This document shows positions 1-10,702 of a DNA stretch of 64,000 bases, piece after piece. Every line of letters begins with the position of its first letter. The stretch's first letter is position 1. Under the pieces are notes generated by a model. The model did not search any database. It saw nothing but the letters and a program-made list of their open reading frames with translations, and was not told the DNA's origin. The position numbers and the translations under genes are program-made. The stretch is from an uncultured bacterium (GTDB taxonomy: Bacteria; Chloroflexota; UBA5177; JANWHV01): positions 992,001 through 1,056,000 of the forward strand of contig CAWHAE010000012.1 of NCBI GenBank assembly GCA_963827235.1, in the 5' to 3' direction.

Positions 1-1
1 A

Positions 2-1117
2 TCCGCGACCAACCTGGCCTTCAGCCCGGACGGCGCGATCCTCGCCGTGGCGAGCAGCGACGGCGCGGTCCGGCTGTGGGATGTGGCCAACCGCCGGCTC
101 CTCGCGCCACCGTTGGCGGGACTGGGCAGTTCCGTCAACAGCGTGGCCTTCAGCCCCAACGGCAGGATCCTCGCGTGGGGCGACAGCGCCGGCACGATCC
201 GGCTCTGGGACGTGGCGGGCCGCCGACCGCTTGGTCCTCCCCTACGATCGGGGATCTGGTATGTGTATGCCGTGGCCTTCAGCCCCGACGGCACGATCCT
301 GGCCACCTGCGGCGAAGGCGGCACGATCGCCCTGTTCGACGTGGCGCGCCACAGGCTCCTCCCGCCCTTGCGCGGCGGGCCTACCTTCGTGGCGCAAAGC
401 CTGGTCTTCAGCCCAGACGGCCGGACGCTCGCCGCCGGCAGCGAGATGGGCGCGATTCTGCGCTGGGACATGACGAGCCGGCGGCTCTCCGGCCAGGTGC
501 TTGCCGTGCGCGCCGGCCCGGTCGATGCCGTGGACTTCAGTCCCAGTGGCACTATCCTCGCCTCCGGCGGCGAGGACGGTATTATCCGGCTGTGGAACGC
601 GACGACCTGGCAACCTATCGATCAGCCTATCACCGGCCATACCGGCCCGGTGGATGGCCTCGCCTTCAGCCCGGACGGCCGGATCCTGGCTTCTGGCAGC
701 GCCGACTGCACCATCCGGCTGTGGGATGTGCGGCGGCGGCTAACCGTGGGCCCGCTCCTCGCCGGGCACAGCGGCGCGGTGTACAGCGTAGCCTTCAGTC
801 CGGACGGCCAGATGCTGGCCTCTGGCGGCGCGGACGCGACCATTCGCCTGTGGGACGTGGCGAGCGGTCAGGCGGTCGGCGTGATCCTCGCCGGCCACTC
901 AGACGGGATCATGAGCCTTGCCTTCAGCCCTGACGGCCGGCTGCTGGCCGCCGGCACTGCCGGGGTGGCCGACGCGCCCCTCCGGCTGTGGTCCATCGGG
1001 TCCTCGTCCCTGGCGCAGCGTGCCTGTGCGATCGCCAATCGCAACCTGACGGCCCAGGAATGGCGGCAGTACCTCGGCGGTCTGCCGTTCCACAGGACGT
1101 GCCCGAACATGCCTTGA
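2..1117 (+). CDS. WD40-repeat protein, C-terminal part (5' end outside window); probably the tail of a STAND NTPase-WD40 protein
   Basis: Frame open from position 2. About 8 repeats of AFSPDG..LA.G..D..IRLWD. Ends in ACAIANRNLTAQEWRQYL..CP, a typical C-terminal cap of bacterial STAND-WD40 proteins. Confidence 0.9.
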   Translation, partial: SATNLAFSPDGAILAVASSDGAVRLWDVANRRLLAPPLAGLGSSVNSVAFSPNGRILAWGDSAGTIRLWDVAGRRPLGPPLRSGIWYVYAVAFSPDGTILATCGEGGTIALFDVARHRLLPPLRGGPTFVAQSLVFSPDGRTLAAGSEMGAILRWDMTSRRLSGQVLAVRAGPVDAVDFSPSGTILASGGEDGIIRLWNATTWQPIDQPITGHTGPVDGLAFSPDGRILASGSADCTIRLWDVRRRLTVGPLLAGHSGAVYSVAFSPDGQMLASGGADATIRLWDVASGQAVGVILAGHSDGIMSLAFSPDGRLLAAGTAGVADAPLRLWSIGSSSLAQRACAIANRNLTAQEWRQYLGGLPFHRTCPNMP

Positions 1118-1503
1118 CGTGCTGTGAGGGATCAGCTTCACCGGCAGAAAGGCGGGTGATGAGACATGAGCCCGACCACCGCAGGAGCTAAGCGAACTCA
1201 TGTGTGATGACGGGACCAGTCTCGCGACACCTGTTGCTTCTACCCTCGAACAGGGAGTGGCCAGCACGTCGCGGCTCGCCTGCTCCCAACGAAGGTCCAT
1301 GCACGAGCTCGCATGATCCTGCGGTACTGGGCATGACGATATTGCGTCGTTGGTGGCCGTCTGGAAGCCTGTCTATGCCTCCGGAGGCCGACACACGATA
1401 GTCTGAAGAGGTCCACGTGATTTCGGATAGTGTTGCCAGCCGGAGAAACCGAGCAATGTCCGCGGCCAGCAAATGCTTCGCATCCTGGCCACGAACCGCC
1501 AGA

Positions 1504-1989
1504 TCACATCGCCTCTCCATGGGCGATTGCCAGCTCTACTTCCTGCGCATGATGAGTGGCATGGGCACCTCCAGCCATTCCCATAAGGTCGCCCAGCGGC
1601 ACCTCTCCCTGCGGCAACGGGATTGGCCGAGCAAGCAGCTCGTCGGGCAAGGTCATCACCTGCGCGGCCAGTGCATCCTGCACCGCCTGGAATTCGTCGA
1701 GCAGCGCGTCTCTACTCACGCTCACTCGCTCTTCCACCAGCGAGTGGTTCCAGTCGTCAATCGTAGAGGCGGTGGCCAACGCCGTCCTATCGCCTGACGC
1801 CATCAGGAGCAAGCGGTCATTCACCGGTTGCCGCGCCGCCAGATGCGCGAGCACTTCCTTGGCCGTCCAGCCGCCTTCACCCCGGTGGACCGGTGTCCGC
1901 AGCTGCTCGTCCGACAGCGATCCGAAGGTGCGCCGCACCTGGGCAGCGCCCTGCCGGATCGACTCGACAATCTCCGCTCTATCCGTCAC
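1504..1989 (-). CDS. DinB / mycothiol-dependent maleylpyruvate isomerase N-terminal-like protein
   Basis: GWTAKEVLAHL motif and C-terminal HATHH metal-binding His cluster. Confidence 0.8.
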   Translation of the reverse strand: MTDRAEIVESIRQGAAQVRRTFGSLSDEQLRTPVHRGEGGWTAKEVLAHLAARQPVNDRLLLMASGDRTALATASTIDDWNHSLVEERVSVSRDALLDEFQAVQDALAAQVMTLPDELLARPIPLPQGEVPLGDLMGMAGGAHATHHAQEVELAIAHGEAM

Positions 1990-2243
1990 TGCCGTATTCC
2001 CTGTCCTTCTCGTCCCGCACTACTGAGTCCTGTACTGTAAGGCTACCTCAGTCGGCTGCTTCAGGCCCATCACGACGGCAGGGTCGTCCTTGCGAGCAAA
2101 CGCCGGTGGCCACCAGTTCCAGCGCGGTATGAGGAGGTCGTCGAGCATGCGCCGAGGTTTCAGCACCGGTGCGTGGTTTTGGCTATTGTTCGCACATCGG
2201 GACACTCGTACGCTTGGACCATGCCAAGAGTAGTGTCCGCGCC

Positions 2244-3272
2244 ATGATCGCGCCGGCTCAAATCCCGCCGGCACAGGTGGAGTTGCGCACGCAATCCGGG
2301 TCGGTCGAGGCCACGGGCCTCACGCGTCGCTTTGGCGCCAACGTTGCCGTCTCCGAGATCTCCCTTTCCGTCGGTCCTGGTGAACTGGTGGCGCTGCTTG
2401 GCCCTAATGGCGCCGGGAAGACGACGACGCTGCAGATGCTGGCCGGCTTGCTGCCGCCCAGCAGCGGCAGGGCACGTGTGGCGGGCTACGACATCGTCAC
2501 ACAGTCGGCGCAGGTGCGCGCCCGCGTGGGCCTGATGGTCGACGAGCCCGGATTCTACCCAGAGATGACGATCCGAGAGTATCTTGGCTTCATGGCGCGG
2601 CTCTACGGCATTGGCCCGGCCGATGCTCGCAGGCGCGTTGACGAGACGATCGATCGCTTCGACCTGACGGACAAGCGCAACGCGCGGCTCACCTCCCTCT
2701 CCAAGGGGATGCGGCAGAAGGTAGCGCTCAGCCGCGCCCTGATTCACCTGCCGCCGGTGCTTCTCCTGGATGAGCCGACTTCGGCGCTCGATCCGCTGTC
2801 TTCGCGAGCAGTCCATCAGTACATCAGAGAGCGGCGGGCCGCGGGCGACGCCGTGATCCTCTCGACCCACCACCTGGCGGAGGCGGAGACACTGGCCGAT
2901 CGCGTGGTGATTATCGCCGGCGGCAGTATTCGACGGCAGGGTACCTGGGCAGAACTGCGGCGCCCGGTGGCCGGACAGGAGTCGTTCCTCCTAACCCTGG
3001 CAAGGTCACTCGATACGAATATCCTTGCCCTGGTCCGCGACGTACCGGGTTTGGAGCACGCCCAGCAACTCAAGGATGCAGCGGGCTACCAACATCTTGC
3101 GTACAGGACATGTACGCCGGATCAGACGAACCCGGCGCTTACGGAGGCTCTCTGCCGGAGCGGGGCAGCCATTCGGCTCCTCGAGCCGCAAGTGCGGAGC
3201 ATGCAGACAGTCTATTTGGAGGCTCTTGGTGAGGCCGATGCAATCGCCGGTAGCTATTATCTTCCTCCGTGA
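2244..3272 (+). CDS. ABC exporter ATP-binding protein
   Basis: Walker A GPNGAGKTT, signature LSKGMRQK, Walker B LLLDEP, H-loop STH. Start placed at ATG 2244. Confidence 0.92.
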   Translation: MIAPAQIPPAQVELRTQSGSVEATGLTRRFGANVAVSEISLSVGPGELVALLGPNGAGKTTTLQMLAGLLPPSSGRARVAGYDIVTQSAQVRARVGLMVDEPGFYPEMTIREYLGFMARLYGIGPADARRRVDETIDRFDLTDKRNARLTSLSKGMRQKVALSRALIHLPPVLLLDEPTSALDPLSSRAVHQYIRERRAAGDAVILSTHHLAEAETLADRVVIIAGGSIRRQGTWAELRRPVAGQESFLLTLARSLDTNILALVRDVPGLEHAQQLKDAAGYQHLAYRTCTPDQTNPALTEALCRSGAAIRLLEPQVRSMQTVYLEALGEADAIAGSYYLPP

Positions 3273-3978
3273 GCTTCGCTCGTATTCCCGGCAGCGCCGC
3301 ACGATGGCGGTGCTAATCTTGCTGTCGGCCTTCATCGCCAACGCCGGGTACGCTCTCGTCACCGTCTCGCCCCTGATGCACCTTTCCATTGTCAGCAGGA
3401 GAGTGGGAGGTGTGAATCTGTCGGGGTCCCAAGATCTGGCGCGCAGCGTGCTGGTGTGGATCGGCATACTGCCCCTGCTGTTCAGCGCGCAACAGGCGGC
3501 AATCACTATAGCCGGCGAGAGGGAACGCCGATCGTTGACGGCGTTGTTGGCAGCACCCATCTCTATCGGCTGTGTCTTCATCGGAAAGCTCACCGGATCG
3601 CTGGCGCCGGGATTGGCCATGTTGATCGTGGCCTACGGTCTGTACTTCGCGCGGGTCGGTGGCAGCGAGGACGGCAGGTCGTGGCTGCCGCTCTCCTACG
3701 TGCTGGTACTGGTGCTATTGGTGCTGGTGTTCTCTGCCCTGATGAATAGTCTGGCGCTGGTCGTCTCCGCTCTGGCGCCAACCATTGGGGCCGCCTCGAT
3801 CACGGCGACTTTCATTCTCCTGCCGGTCACCATGGTGCTGGCGTTGGTGAGTGTGAACGTGAGCGACCTTGGCGTGGGCCGCCTGGCCATGATCACGGCG
3901 GGCGGGGCGATCGCCACCGGAGCGGTCCTCGGCTACGCACTGCGCCATCTCAGACGCGAGCGGCTCCTGACGGCCTAG
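3238..3978 (+). CDS. ABC-2 type exporter permease
   Basis: About 6 hydrophobic segments and IAGERERRSLTALLAAP motif. Overlaps the ATPase 3' end. Confidence 0.88.
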   Translation: MQSPVAIIFLRELRSYSRQRRTMAVLILLSAFIANAGYALVTVSPLMHLSIVSRRVGGVNLSGSQDLARSVLVWIGILPLLFSAQQAAITIAGERERRSLTALLAAPISIGCVFIGKLTGSLAPGLAMLIVAYGLYFARVGGSEDGRSWLPLSYVLVLVLLVLVFSALMNSLALVVSALAPTIGAASITATFILLPVTMVLALVSVNVSDLGVGRLAMITAGGAIATGAVLGYALRHLRRERLLTA

Positions 3979-4022
3979 GGTTGGGGACTGCGCAGGAAGA
4001 TCAGCGGTTCCACTGTACCCCC

Positions 4023-4062
4023 GCCACCGAGTGCACGACACCGGTGCCGTGCACTCGGTGGC
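4023..4062. terminator. Hairpin between convergent genes (probable bidirectional terminator)
   Basis: Perfect 15-bp inverted repeat GCCACCGAGTGCACG / CGTGCACTCGGTGGC with a 10-nt loop. Confidence 0.6.
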
Positions 4063-4075
4063 AAGGAGCCAGGCC

Positions 4076-4855
4076 TCAGGAGCGCGACTCCAGAATGCCA
4101 AAGGCGGCACCTTGGGGATCGCTGACAAAGGCAAAGCGCCCACCCGGGAAGTCCATCGGCCCGACCGTGACCTTTCCGCCCAGCTTGACGATCAGGCCGG
4201 CCACGCGGTCGGCGTTGTCGGCCCCGAAGTACGGCATCCAGTGCGAAGGCACCTGAGCAGGGATATCCGGCGACATGGGCATGGCCCCAGCGATGCTCTC
4301 ACCGGAAAGCTGCCATTCCGTGTAGTCCGGCATTCCGGGCCCCATCGGGCTGGCTTTGGCATCCCAGCCAAACACCTGCATGTAGAACGACTTCACAGCG
4401 GCGACGTCGCGCGTCTCCAGCTCGGCCCAGGCAAGAGTATTGGGCTCCATCACGATACCGGCGCCCCGGTGCGCGCCAGCCTGGAACACGCCGAACGCCG
4501 CACCGGCCGGGTCGCCGAAGAACCCAAGACGTCCGGCGTTCGGGATGTCGTCGGGCCCCATCATCACGGTCCCGCCTGCCGAGCGGATCTTCTCGGCCGT
4601 TTGGTCGATGTTGTCCGAGGCGAAGTAGATGCTCCAGGCGGTTGGCTGGTTCGGCATCATGATCGAGACGAGTCCGCTCACCGACTTGCCTCTCAGGTTG
4701 AAGAACGAATAGCTCCCCATCTCGGGTCCGCCGACACGCTGCGTCTCCCAGCCAAAGAGCTGGCCGTAGAACCGCGCCGATGCCTCGATATCTGGGCTTG
4801 CCAGGTCAACCCAGGATGGGGTAGATGGCTTGTGATCGGTCACTTCCGGCATCAT
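4076..4855 (-). CDS. VOC / glyoxalase family protein (two VOC domains)
   Basis: PSWVDLASPD..ASARFYGQLFGW and second domain WAELETRD..FY..VFGW; two DP.GA.FG motifs. Confidence 0.92.
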   Translation of the reverse strand: MMPEVTDHKPSTPSWVDLASPDIEASARFYGQLFGWETQRVGGPEMGSYSFFNLRGKSVSGLVSIMMPNQPTAWSIYFASDNIDQTAEKIRSAGGTVMMGPDDIPNAGRLGFFGDPAGAAFGVFQAGAHRGAGIVMEPNTLAWAELETRDVAAVKSFYMQVFGWDAKASPMGPGMPDYTEWQLSGESIAGAMPMSPDIPAQVPSHWMPYFGADNADRVAGLIVKLGGKVTVGPMDFPGGRFAFVSDPQGAAFGILESRS

Positions 4856-5360
4856 GTGCTCCTTCTCAACTGTAGGCCCAGCGCCAACGCGCCGGAACGC
4901 TTACCGTGGCGTGCCATCCTCGCCCCGGGGGTTGGCCGCACCTCGAAATACAGTGCACTCCGCTTGGGGCAAGACCAACGATAGAACGCACGTACCAATG
5001 AGTCAAGCTACGAATCCACGGCATTCCCGTGGTTTGATGGAACTCATGTTCTACGAACAATAGGCTACGGCACGGCGGCAGATTGCAGGCTCCACGTGAC
5101 GATCGCGGCAGTCTGTCTTGCCACCTCGATCGCGGCCCATCCCATACATCTCTCGCACCGTCTCTTGCCGTTGCGAGTCCACATACAAACGCCGGCGTCT
5201 TGTGTGCAACCTTCGCCCTCTCGCCATCAGAGAAGAAGCGAGCCCAAGCCGTGAAACGCGCCAGTAACGGCCCGGGTCTAGAGTCGGTCCTGGTACGAGC
5301 GCGTCCGCCTGCCGGTGGATCGTCAAGCTTTAGCACTCTACTAGGAGGAGGGTTCAGACG

Positions 5361-7233
5361 ATGAAGACATGGAGTGTTTCCGGGCTCATCCGTGGGGTAG
5401 TTCTGGCCGGCCTTATTGCCGGCACATTCGGGACGGCATGGAGCCCGGGCGGCAAAGCCCAGGCGTCGTTGGCGGCCGTGCGCGTCGCCGCCACGGCTGC
5501 GGCAGGCAACGACTTCACCACGTCGCTCGGCGGCACGATTACCGACAGGAACCATCAGGTAGTTCGCACGGTGAGCCTGAATGTGAGCAGGACCAGCGAC
5601 GACAAGTCCGTGCACCTGGGGATCAGCATCGCCAACGCCGGCGGGCTCCAAAGCGACTACACATTCGTCGTGCCGGCGAGCGATCTGGCGATCGGCAGTG
5701 CCGGCGCCAGCCTGGACACCCACGGTCACCTGGGCAAGTACGGTCGCATCAGCGTGCGCTGGACGTATGCCGGCCAACCGGCCACGATCCAGATCCCTGC
5801 CGATTCCTGTTCCCACAGCTTCGCCAGGTCGATCACGCGCGTCATCGCCAGCGCCGTGGCGCAGCTGAATCTAATGCTGCCGTGCGACGGGAGCGTGATC
5901 ATGGCGCTCAGCGGCGCTGGCCTGGATCTCTATCGGGGCCAGAACGTCATTCCGCCCAGCAGCAGTAGCAGCCCAGGCACAGAGCAGATCCACACCTCCG
6001 CCAGCGTCAGTGCCTCCAAGAACATGGGCGCGACCCGGCTGCAGATCATCGGTTTGAGGCAAGGCAATTCGGCAGCCATCGATATCTCCGTCAGCACCAG
6101 CATCACGACCACCACCGGATTGGTCGACATCAGCCACTCCGGCCGCGACGCTTTGCCGCCGGCCGGCCTGACCACCGGCGCCAATCCGGCCGCGATGCTG
6201 ACCTATAAGGGTATCCTGGGCAGCGCCAGCCTCACTTTCGCTTCCACGCAGGCAAGCACCGACTACGTGTCAGCCGGCTGCTTTCTCCCGGGGGTCGCAA
6301 AAGCGGATCGGAACAAGACCATCAGCCTCCAGAGCGCCCAGGCGACCGTGACCGGCTCTGTTGCTTTGAATGTGTGCGGCGCGGTGGCGGCAACGCTCGG
6401 CGGCGGCGATCAGGGCTTTGTCGACGTGGTCGGCCCGGCCACGACCGGTGGGATTCCTGGTTCCGGCACGGACGGCAACTACCCGGCGATAGTGCAGATG
6501 AGCCCGCCCCCGGGAAGACCTCTTTCCACTACCCCGACCATCACGGCAACATTCGCGTCTGCCCTTCCTGCCAACGCTCACGTCACATTTGCGCTCGCCG
6601 GTCCCGGAGGATCGGCAACGCTTCCGGCGGCCCTAGTGACCGGCAACACGGCCGCGGTCGTGGTCGATTCCTGCTCGCCACTGAAGCCCGGCACCTATAC
6701 GCTCAGGGTCGACGCAAGCGATAACTCGGGTGCCGATAGCTACTACAGCGCGACGGTTGTCGTGCAGCCTGGAGTCAATCGCTTGCGTGCCAAAGGCCAC
6801 GTTCACGCCCGGGCCCAGCCCCACGCCCCTGGCCAGCGCCACGCCGGCGCCCATTAACTGGTCCACGTCCAACGGGATCCCGGGATCCAAGACCTTTGGA
6901 GGATTCCCTCCGATTATCAAGATCAGCCCGGCTCCCGGCGACTCGATGTCGACCACACCGACCATCACTCTGACCTTCGCATGGGCCCTCGGCAACTTCA
7001 GCAAGGAGATGCAGTTCCGCTTCATGTTGAGTCCAGTGGACGCCTCGGGCAAGCCGACGGGAGGCGCTGCGGCGCAGCTGACGACACCGGTGGTAGGCGA
7101 GGCAACTGTCAGCGTCACCGTCAGCGCAGCGTTGGCGCCGGGCACCTACGAGCTCGACTTCTTGGCAGTGGGCGCCTGCGACACCGGCCATGCTTGCCGC
7201 GCGACCTACTCGGGCACGTACACCGTAAGTTGA
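5361..7233 (+). CDS. Large secreted beta-rich protein with two C-terminal Ig-like repeats; frameshift near 6777
   Basis: RBS AGGAGGAGG and a signal peptide. ORF 5361-6857 and ORF 6730-7233 each carry a copy of P.I...SP.PG...STTPTIT.TFA...PGTY.L. Removing one A at GTC-A-ATC joins them. Confidence 0.7.
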
Positions 7234-7422
7234 CTTGACAGACCGGGCCGGCGGCAAAGGCCAATCCCGACATGGACTCGCGCTGCAGGGCCGGCTGCCG
7301 TTCCACGCCCAGCAGGGCCGGCGCGCGATCAGTGCCTGGAGCGGTGCGGCGGCTACGGGCACAGACGGCGGCGTGACCACGCCGGCCTGCTTGCGCCCCG
7401 CGGTCCCGTGCAAGTGATCGCT

Positions 7423-7479
7423 CAGATACAGCGCAGGGAAGAGCAGCCATGCGTGCTGCTCTTCCCTGCGCTGTATCTG
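7423..7479. repeat. Perfect 25-bp inverted repeat (terminator or REP-like hairpin)
   Basis: CAGATACAGCGCAGGGAAGAGCAGC, 7-nt loop, then the exact reverse complement. Confidence 0.85.
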
Positions 7480-7888
7480 GGGACGGCATAGGGGCACAGG
7501 TGCGATGCGCTACAGATCATTCACGCTCAGCGCGCGGCAACTAGCGCCGATGAAGGTCATTGGCCCTACGCACGTTGCAGGGATCCATCCCATCACAGTG
7601 GTCAGTTGACTCCGCGAAGGAGGGTTCACGTCGCACAACTGCTTACAGGCTTCGATCATGCGATTGGCGTGGATCCGTCCACATGTTGGCTGTTCCAGCA
7701 CGACAAAGTGCCATCGTGTTGCCGGACCTAATGGACCGCTCCCGCTTGGTCCGGCTTTCCACCTGGCGAGGAAGTATTGAGTACCAGAATGCCGGGATTG
7801 CTTCATGGTCACACGAGGGCTAAGTTGTGCGAGAATGCTACGTAAGCGCAGAGCGCGCCGTGGAGTTTTGGCCGCAGGGAGGTCAGCG

Positions 7889-8968
7889 ATGAAACGACTG
7901 ATTCCTTCCAGGTCCGCAGCTGCTATTGTTCTGGCCGGGATTGTCGTCCTGCCGTGCCCTGTCCACACTCCGAGCGCGAATTCAGCCTCCGCCGCGGGCC
8001 TGAAGCACCTTGGGATGATCATTGCGACCCGGGCCGGAACCGCATTACCGGCGATGGTGCAAGGCGGCTTGTATGCCTCTTACGACGTGGGCGGCATCGA
8101 TCTGCAAATTGTGGGCCCGACACAACTGGACGGGCCGTTGCAGGTCAAGATGCTGCAGACGCTCGCCGCGAGCGCCCGGGACGGCATCGTCGAGGAGAAC
8201 CTCACACCGGCCCTGTTCACAAAGCCGATAGCACAGATCATTGCCAAGGGCATCCCGGTCGTGGCGATGGATTCTGTACCCACGCCCGGCAGCAATGTCA
8301 GCCTCTATGTCGGCAACGACGACTATGCCATGGGCCAGACATTGGCCCAGCAAGTCATCAAAGCGCTGCCGGCAAGGGCTTCCGGCACCATCGTGGTCAA
8401 CGATCCAATTCATGGCTCGTCGGTGTTCGGCTTACGGGCCCAGGGCGCCGTGGATGCATTTGCCAAGGTGGTACCGAAGGTCAAGATAGTCGAATCCTAC
8501 GCCTCCTGCATGGCTGGGCTTGACGCGGCGTGCCATAGGAGCATCTTGTCGGTAGTCAAGGCCAACGCGCATGCGCTGGCCATCGTCACCACCAACAGTA
8601 CCGACGCCTACATACTTGCCCAAGTGAAACAGGAAGTGGGCGGCAAGTTCCTCATAGCGGGGTTTGACCTGGCACCCCAAACGCTGCAGGCGATCAAGGA
8701 CGGCAGTGTGCTTTGCACCATATCGCCGGAACAGTATCTCAAGGGCTACGTGGCCACGCGGCTGTTAGCAGAGGCAGCCCAGACCGGCAAGCCACTACCC
8801 AAGGGCTGGTTTGACTTGCCGGGCGTCGTCATCGATCAGAGCCTTGTCGACGTGATCATGATCAGGCAGTTGTCCGACGCCAACATGCGAGACTGGCTCC
8901 GTCCCGAGATAGCCAAGATCTTCGATAACATCACACCCTACATGAGGCCGCTGAGTGCCGCAAGATAG
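7889..8968 (+). CDS. Sugar-type ABC substrate-binding protein (periplasmic binding protein type 1), orphan
   Basis: Signal peptide; KGIPVVAMDS, YVGNDDYAMG, IAGFD motifs; GGGAGG RBS before ATG 7889. Confidence 0.85.
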   Translation: MKRLIPSRSAAAIVLAGIVVLPCPVHTPSANSASAAGLKHLGMIIATRAGTALPAMVQGGLYASYDVGGIDLQIVGPTQLDGPLQVKMLQTLAASARDGIVEENLTPALFTKPIAQIIAKGIPVVAMDSVPTPGSNVSLYVGNDDYAMGQTLAQQVIKALPARASGTIVVNDPIHGSSVFGLRAQGAVDAFAKVVPKVKIVESYASCMAGLDAACHRSILSVVKANAHALAIVTTNSTDAYILAQVKQEVGGKFLIAGFDLAPQTLQAIKDGSVLCTISPEQYLKGYVATRLLAEAAQTGKPLPKGWFDLPGVVIDQSLVDVIMIRQLSDANMRDWLRPEIAKIFDNITPYMRPLSAAR

Positions 8969-8998
8969 GAGACGGATCCAGGTCGAGTCCCGACACGC

Positions 8999-10702
8999 TC
9001 AAGTGCTGGGAGCTGCGTTGATCTGTGCCGAGTCAGAACCCGCGATAAGCAACTGCAGCCGAAACGTGCTGCCATCCGGCCCACTGCTTTCCAGATCCAG
9101 AGTGCCTCCCATGGCATCCGCATAGGCCTTGCCGAGATAGAGTCCCAGACCCGTGCCGACGTGGCCTGAGCGCACTCGGCTGCCAGGTATGCGTCCGAAT
9201 CGCGTAAAGAGGTGTGACCTGTCGCGCTCGGCGATGCCGGGCCCGTAATCGCGCACCCGAACCAGTACCGTTCGGCCCTCGGCGCTCCACGTCACGGAAA
9301 TCGGTCGTCCTTCGGGAGAGTATTTGGCTGCGTTGTCTACGAGGTTAGTGAGAATCAGCGTCATGCGATGACTGTCGGCGAGCGCGCAAACCTCGCTCGG
9401 TCCAGCCAGATCGATGCGTTGGCCCGCGTAGACGCCCTTCACTTCGTCGGCAACGTGACGTACGGCCTCGGAAACGTCCACTGGTGAGAGCTGCAAGGAG
9501 GCCGGATTATCCGCGAGACCAGCCAGCAGAAGCAGATCATCGACAAGATGTTTCTGGCGGTTCGCCGATAGCACGATGCGATTGATCCGGTCGAGACGCT
9601 TCACATCGTCCATCTGGTGCCATCGTGCCTGGAGTAGCTCGCCGTAACCGATGATCGAAGCCAGCGGAGTGCGGAGCTCGTGGCTGATCGACGCGACAAA
9701 ATCGCTTCGAATCTGGGCCAAGGCGAACGCCGCGCCAAGTGTAGTCTTCAAGTCCCGAGCTTCCGTCTGCGAAGCCGCGTTCGCCACCTGGCCGACCATA
9801 GCCTGGAGTTGCTGCCGGGCATCCTCATAAGCATTTATCGTTCGGCGAACGGTATCGATAATCAAGCGGGTCGCTTCTGCGGTCTGGCCGATCTCATCTC
9901 TGCTGACCGCCGCCGGCAGCCGGGCTGTAGTACTGACCCTAACTGTGAGGTCGCCATGAGATAGGGCGGTCATAGCGCTAGCTAGATCATGGATGTCGTA
10001 CAGCGCCAGTTCTGTCGAACAGCGGCTCACCTCGCGCAGGGGCCGGGCGATGGCGTGCGCGATCACTACTCCCAGCACGATGGCTAGCACCATGGCCAGC
10101 ACGCCTACCGCCACCAGCTGCTGCATCGCCGTGGTGGCCGTCGATTGACCCTGAGTAGCACCGTTGTCCAGGTACTTCTGGTTAAGCGTGACTAACTGAT
10201 GGAGCGCAGACGACAGTGAGGCTTCGGCTTGCGCCTCAGTCACCAACGATAGCTGAGTAACGATCGACGACACGGTTACATCTGTGCTCACGCTGAGTTG
10301 TTGTGTCTTCTCATTCAGGGTCATCCAGCGGCGCAACAATCCGCTTACGAGCTTGGTTTCTTTCACGTCTTCTGCGCTGGTCGGCGTCAGCGCTTCGTAG
10401 GACGCGAACTGTGCCCAGGCATTTTCCCGCGCGGCTTGCGCAGACTCGGCTTCGCGTGCGGCCTGTTGTTTGTCAAAGGTCATGATGCTGCCGCGCGTGA
10501 AGTTCATCGCCGCGGTGAGATCGCCATCAGCCTTGAGGAGATAGATAAGGCGAGGAGCGGACTGGGTGAGTCCGACAAGCTTGCTCTCCGTACTGCTGAG
10601 CCCAGAGTAGCCGGCCAGCGCGACGACGCCTGCCAGCAGCGCCACCAGCACAAAGCTACCAATCAGCTTCGGCGTCATACTGAGATTCCGAAACCAGCTC
10701 AT
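8999..10702 (-). CDS. Sensor histidine kinase with chemoreceptor-type four-helix-bundle sensor and HAMP
   Basis: N-terminal MSWFRNL..KL and 2 TM; HAMP (RDEIGQ); H-box SHELRTPL; N-box NLVDNAAKY; DYGPGI and GTGLGL. Confidence 0.9.
   Translation of the reverse strand: MSWFRNLSMTPKLIGSFVLVALLAGVVALAGYSGLSSTESKLVGLTQSAPRLIYLLKADGDLTAAMNFTRGSIMTFDKQQAAREAESAQAARENAWAQFASYEALTPTSAEDVKETKLVSGLLRRWMTLNEKTQQLSVSTDVTVSSIVTQLSLVTEAQAEASLSSALHQLVTLNQKYLDNGATQGQSTATTAMQQLVAVGVLAMVLAIVLGVVIAHAIARPLREVSRCSTELALYDIHDLASAMTALSHGDLTVRVSTTARLPAAVSRDEIGQTAEATRLIIDTVRRTINAYEDARQQLQAMVGQVANAASQTEARDLKTTLGAAFALAQIRSDFVASISHELRTPLASIIGYGELLQARWHQMDDVKRLDRINRIVLSANRQKHLVDDLLLLAGLADNPASLQLSPVDVSEAVRHVADEVKGVYAGQRIDLAGPSEVCALADSHRMTLILTNLVDNAAKYSPEGRPISVTWSAEGRTVLVRVRDYGPGIAERDRSHLFTRFGRIPGSRVRSGHVGTGLGLYLGKAYADAMGGTLDLESSGPDGSTFRLQLLIAGSDSAQINAAPST

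Noticed and set aside
1188-1520. 110-aa minus-strand ORF, and the many long antisense or alternate-frame ORFs elsewhere
   Set aside because: No motifs; expected shadow ORFs in high-GC DNA.
4023-4062. tracrRNA-like hairpin (CACCGAGT...CGGTG)
   Set aside because: Explained as a terminator between convergent genes; no anti-repeat or cas9.
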